DNA of 62,157 nt, the filler included. It is 11 parts of 11 records of this genome, joined end to end, with 100 filler letters (N's around TTAATTAATTAA, not from the genome) between each part and the next. Parts side by side here need not be neighbours in the genome. Positions count along the whole stretch, not along the records: positions 58,938 to 62,157 come from SRR7504441_8893; 10 more parts are not named here. One strand, written 5' to 3'. Below, piece after piece: positions 58,974-62,157 of this stretch; position 1 is the first letter of the stretch; every line of letters starts with the position of its first letter. The notes under the pieces are model-generated. The model worked only from the letters and a program-made list of their open reading frames with translations. It was not told the origin of the DNA and did no database searches. A program made the translations under genes and the position numbers.

Positions 58974-59696
58974 CTAGCTCGCCGGCCGGACCATCGGATA
59001 CAACCGCATGATATTGCCGTCTTCGTCCTGCGGTGCGCCCCCCTCCTCACAGGACACACCCACTGCATTGAGCTCGTAGCCCCGACCAGCGGCAACTGTG
59101 TACCCGAGGCGCTCGTAGATCCGGCGATTGCGCTCACCGGTAGTTTCTAAATAGCACGGTGCCTTGGTGGTCCTGGCCAGCCGCTCCACTGCCCCGAGCG
59201 CAACCTTGCTGAAGCCTCGCCCCTGGCTAATGGGCTCGACTGCCAATATCGTGACGTGCCAGCCACACGGTGGCCACGCCTTGCGGAGAGCGCCCACTGT
59301 GCCAAAGAAGCACGCTTCGCGCTTGGCCATCGCCGGCTCGTCCAGCCCCAGCGGCCGCGGGTCCCCGATCGGCTTGTCGGGGGGCAACGGGTCCGATCTA
59401 TCGCCGCTCGCATCAACGTGAGGGAAGGCCAGACAGACTGCACCGAGCGCTCCGTCGGCCAACCGGACGCCGATGCAGGCGCCGCCCCCGTCGCAGGCGC
59501 ACCGTGCCCAGGCCCGACTGGTAACAAACCTGAACCACTGCTGTCGCGTTGGATGGTCCAATCGCCGGAATCTGGGGCCCAGCACAGCGTCGCAGGTCCG
59601 CTCCGGCGGTGTGCGGTCCGTCCCCGCGAACGATCGGGTCATGAGCGCCACAGCCTCCTCCCGGTGCTCTGCGGTCAGCAGAACCACGTCCGTCAT
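58974..59696 (-). CDS. GNAT-family N-acetyltransferase
   Basis: WHVTILAVEPISQGRGFS; PCYLETTGERNRRIYERLGY. Confidence 0.88.
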   Translation of the reverse strand: MTDVVLLTAEHREEAVALMTRSFAGTDRTPPERTCDAVLGPRFRRLDHPTRQQWFRFVTSRAWARCACDGGGACIGVRLADGALGAVCLAFPHVDASGDRSDPLPPDKPIGDPRPLGLDEPAMAKREACFFGTVGALRKAWPPCGWHVTILAVEPISQGRGFSKVALGAVERLARTTKAPCYLETTGERNRRIYERLGYTVAAGRGYELNAVGVSCEEGGAPQDEDGNIMRLYPMVRPAS

Positions 59697-59931
59697 CTCG
59701 GCCACTGCGCGCCGCGCCAGACCCACAGCGTGCGCTCTAGCCGCCCGACACCGCTGCGGCCGCGCCCTGCGGTGGTGAAAGAGCCACCAGGCGACTGCAG
59801 CTGCTGCAGCGAGGCCGGCGGACCACCCCTGGAGATTCGCCAGCGCGGATACCCCAGTGTCCGGCGCTCTCGACAAGCTGTCTGCAGCTGCAGCTGAGTT
59901 GCTCACTTGAGAGGGAGGACGTTCGAGAAGA

Positions 59932-62070
59932 ATGGCGGGCCAGCTCGATACCTACCTGGCCGCGGCCCAATCGCTGGAGAGGCCGATCCCGGCAGCGCCT
60001 GAGCCGGCGTGTCTCGAGGCCAGTGGGCACCTGAGCATCCCGGCCGGTACCGAGATCATTCCGGCCCGCGCCTTTGCGCAGAACGCCGGGTTGATCAGTC
60101 TGGAGATCCCGTCCAGCGTGCGGAGCATCGGGGCGGAGGCCTTCTCGGGCTGCGCCAAGCTGGAGCGGGTGACGTTCCTGCCCGGGAGCCGGCTACAGAC
60201 GCTGCACCCGCGCGCTTTCAACGCCAACAAGAGCCTGCGCGAGGTCGAGCTCCCAGCGCAGGTCGAAGTGATCGGCGAGTATTGCTTTTACTACTGCCCG
60301 GCGCTGGCCCGAGTGAGCTTCGGGTCGTGCGCGCTACGCTCAATCGGCGAAAAGGCGTTCGCGCGCACGGCGGTCGAGGCGGTCCGGGTCCCAGCCTCTG
60401 TGGAGACGATAGGTGATTGCGCGTTCGCGCACTGCGACCGGTTGGAGAGCGTGGAGTTTGAGCCAGGATCTCGGCTGAGCGAGATCGGGTTTGCGCCGTT
60501 CTATGGCTGTCCGAGGCTGCAGCAGGGGATCGAGATCCCGGCGGCCGCCCAAGAGGCCAGCCAGCCCGACGACGATCCGCTCTCGCCTTTTCATTACTGC
60601 TCCTCCTCGGAGCCGAGGGCTTCAATCTCGCCGCAATCTCGCCGAAAGGACGTCAGCCCAAGTCCCGTCACGAGCAAGTCGGGGAGCGCAGCCACCGCGG
60701 CGCAGATGGTTGGGGCGATGGCCAAGGGGTTTGCTGAAGATCAAGGAGTCTCGGTCGGATGCGTGCTGGACGCTCTGAGGGAGCTGCTGAGCCAGGCTTG
60801 GGCGGAGCAGCTGGCGGCAGACCCGTTGATCGATCCGTTGGACTGGATGATGCGACATCTCGTGCCGATGCCCGCAAGTGCTTCAGGCACTGAGCAAGCC
60901 AGTGACAACGTACTCGAGGCGCTGCGCTGCAAGCCAGCAGCAGCAAAGGCGCAATCCGTGCCCAAGCGGGCAGCAAAGAAGACTGAAGCGACAAGGGCGG
61001 CTGACCGCGACCACGCTGAGACAGCTAAGGCGCTGCTTGAAGCAGACCGGGCTATCAAAGCAGCGACTAGGCAGGCAGAAGATATGGAGGCAGCAGCCAC
61101 AGAGGCAACCAGAAAGGCAGATGCGATCAGCAAGGACGAGGCCGACGCAATGTCGGTCATCAAGAAGGCCAGGGGCTCTGACTGGCGCGGGCAGTTCAGC
61201 GAAGAGGTTAGAACGGCCTCGCTCTCGCCGACCAGTAGGGCGATGCCTCGGTTGAGCCCTCGCCGAGACCAATCTTCTCCCCCGAGGAGCCCAGGGCTGA
61301 ACTTGCAAGCAGAATCGCCCGATGCAGCAGTGCCGAGGGGCACGCCGGCGATTGCCCGTCACCCTGGCCATCATGCGACCCCTGGCGACGATGGAAGTTT
61401 TGTCGAATCGGCATCACAGCGCATTCAGGACACTCGGAGGCGTGCTGAAGCAGCGGCGGCCAGGGGTAGAAGCTTCCTAGAGTCGGCATCGGAGCGCATT
61501 CAGGAAGGTGAAGGGGGTGCTCTGGAGGCAACCGAGTCGGCGATAGCCAGGAAGCGGTTGGCTAAAGAGGCAGCCGCTACAGAGGGAGCTGAGGAGGTAG
61601 CAGCCAGCACGGAGGCTACGGACTGGCGGACTGAATTCGCTAAGGACTATGCGAACGGGGAGTTTGAGTTAGGAGGGGCAGTGGCTCGAAGGAAAGCCGA
61701 GGCAGCAGCAGCCCGGAGCAGAATAGAAGCTGGCCAACTGGCGGCAAGTAAGCAGTCGCAATTGGCTGCAGCTAGCCAGAAGGCAGCTGACGACGCAGAG
61801 GTCAGGAAGACAGATGCCGAGTTGGTACACTCGATTTCCCAAGAGAACGAGGCGGCGCTCAAGATGGAGGCGCAGATAATTGCACTGCGACAACAGATTT
61901 CACAGCTCGATAGAGAGATTAAGCAAGCCGAAGCGGGTGGTCATAAGGAGGAAGCCACTGCATTGAAACAAAGCCGAAAGGCAATTGAGACCGAGATCGC
62001 GTACGCTGCAGAGGTTCAACGAGAGGCGATGGATTTTGAATCGGGCATGTTTGAATATTCTGATGTATAA
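59932..62070 (+). CDS. BspA-type leucine-rich repeat (LRR_5) protein with long Ala-rich coiled-coil tail
   Basis: LEIPSSVRSIGAEAFSGCAKLERVTF and VPASVETIGDCAFAHCDRLESVEF repeats; intronless. Confidence 0.88.
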   Translation: MAGQLDTYLAAAQSLERPIPAAPEPACLEASGHLSIPAGTEIIPARAFAQNAGLISLEIPSSVRSIGAEAFSGCAKLERVTFLPGSRLQTLHPRAFNANKSLREVELPAQVEVIGEYCFYYCPALARVSFGSCALRSIGEKAFARTAVEAVRVPASVETIGDCAFAHCDRLESVEFEPGSRLSEIGFAPFYGCPRLQQGIEIPAAAQEASQPDDDPLSPFHYCSSSEPRASISPQSRRKDVSPSPVTSKSGSAATAAQMVGAMAKGFAEDQGVSVGCVLDALRELLSQAWAEQLAADPLIDPLDWMMRHLVPMPASASGTEQASDNVLEALRCKPAAAKAQSVPKRAAKKTEATRAADRDHAETAKALLEADRAIKAATRQAEDMEAAATEATRKADAISKDEADAMSVIKKARGSDWRGQFSEEVRTASLSPTSRAMPRLSPRRDQSSPPRSPGLNLQAESPDAAVPRGTPAIARHPGHHATPGDDGSFVESASQRIQDTRRRAEAAAARGRSFLESASERIQEGEGGALEATESAIARKRLAKEAAATEGAEEVAASTEATDWRTEFAKDYANGEFELGGAVARRKAEAAAARSRIEAGQLAASKQSQLAAASQKAADDAEVRKTDAELVHSISQENEAALKMEAQIIALRQQISQLDREIKQAEAGGHKEEATALKQSRKAIETEIAYAAEVQREAMDFESGMFEYSDV

Positions 62071-62157
62071 AAATGGCTATATACCTCCTAGATCCTACTC
62101 AAAGTTGCTAAGGACGCATTTCTCACCAGGATTGAGTACTATCCTCAAGTTGGTCGC

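Noticed and set aside
1-62157. tRNA, rRNA, transposase or viral hallmark genes
   Set aside because: None recognised by eye. Covariance-model and profile searches were not possible.

Overview
This is not prokaryotic DNA and not one locus. It consists of 11 unrelated contigs (about 3.2-13 kb) from a compact, GC-rich eukaryotic genome, probably a protist MAG/SAG (lineage cannot be assigned from here). The contigs are joined by ten artificial 100-nt N44-TTAATTAATTAA-N44 spacers. Genes are dense and split by tiny spliceosomal introns, which is why the ORF track is fragmented. Recognisable products: cathepsin B, an Sfi1-like repeat protein, a GH13-like hydrolase, a renalase-like oxidoreductase, a phosphatase-PARG macrodomain fusion, a bacterial Tmm-type FMO, a GEN1-like nuclease, a membrane-anchored 10xKH protein, a two-pore channel with a PAS domain, an FBH1-like helicase, GH92, an FLZ zinc finger, ceramidase, an EI24-like protein, a histidine phosphatase, GatB, a DUF3638/DUF3645 giant protein, Asterix, a MYND/MSS51-like protein, a GNAT and a BspA-type LRR protein. 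The most unusual signal is the intron system. Introns are 35-47 nt, about 30% have GC donors (11 of 37 hand-reconstructed), and they lack a polypyrimidine tract. Several contain no adenine except one putative branch A at -11 to -15 and the acceptor A. One intron looks newborn: a perfect 24-nt exon duplication plus 23 nt of filler. The two longest introns carry telomere-like TTAGGG tracts. All gene models are manual and lack transcript support.
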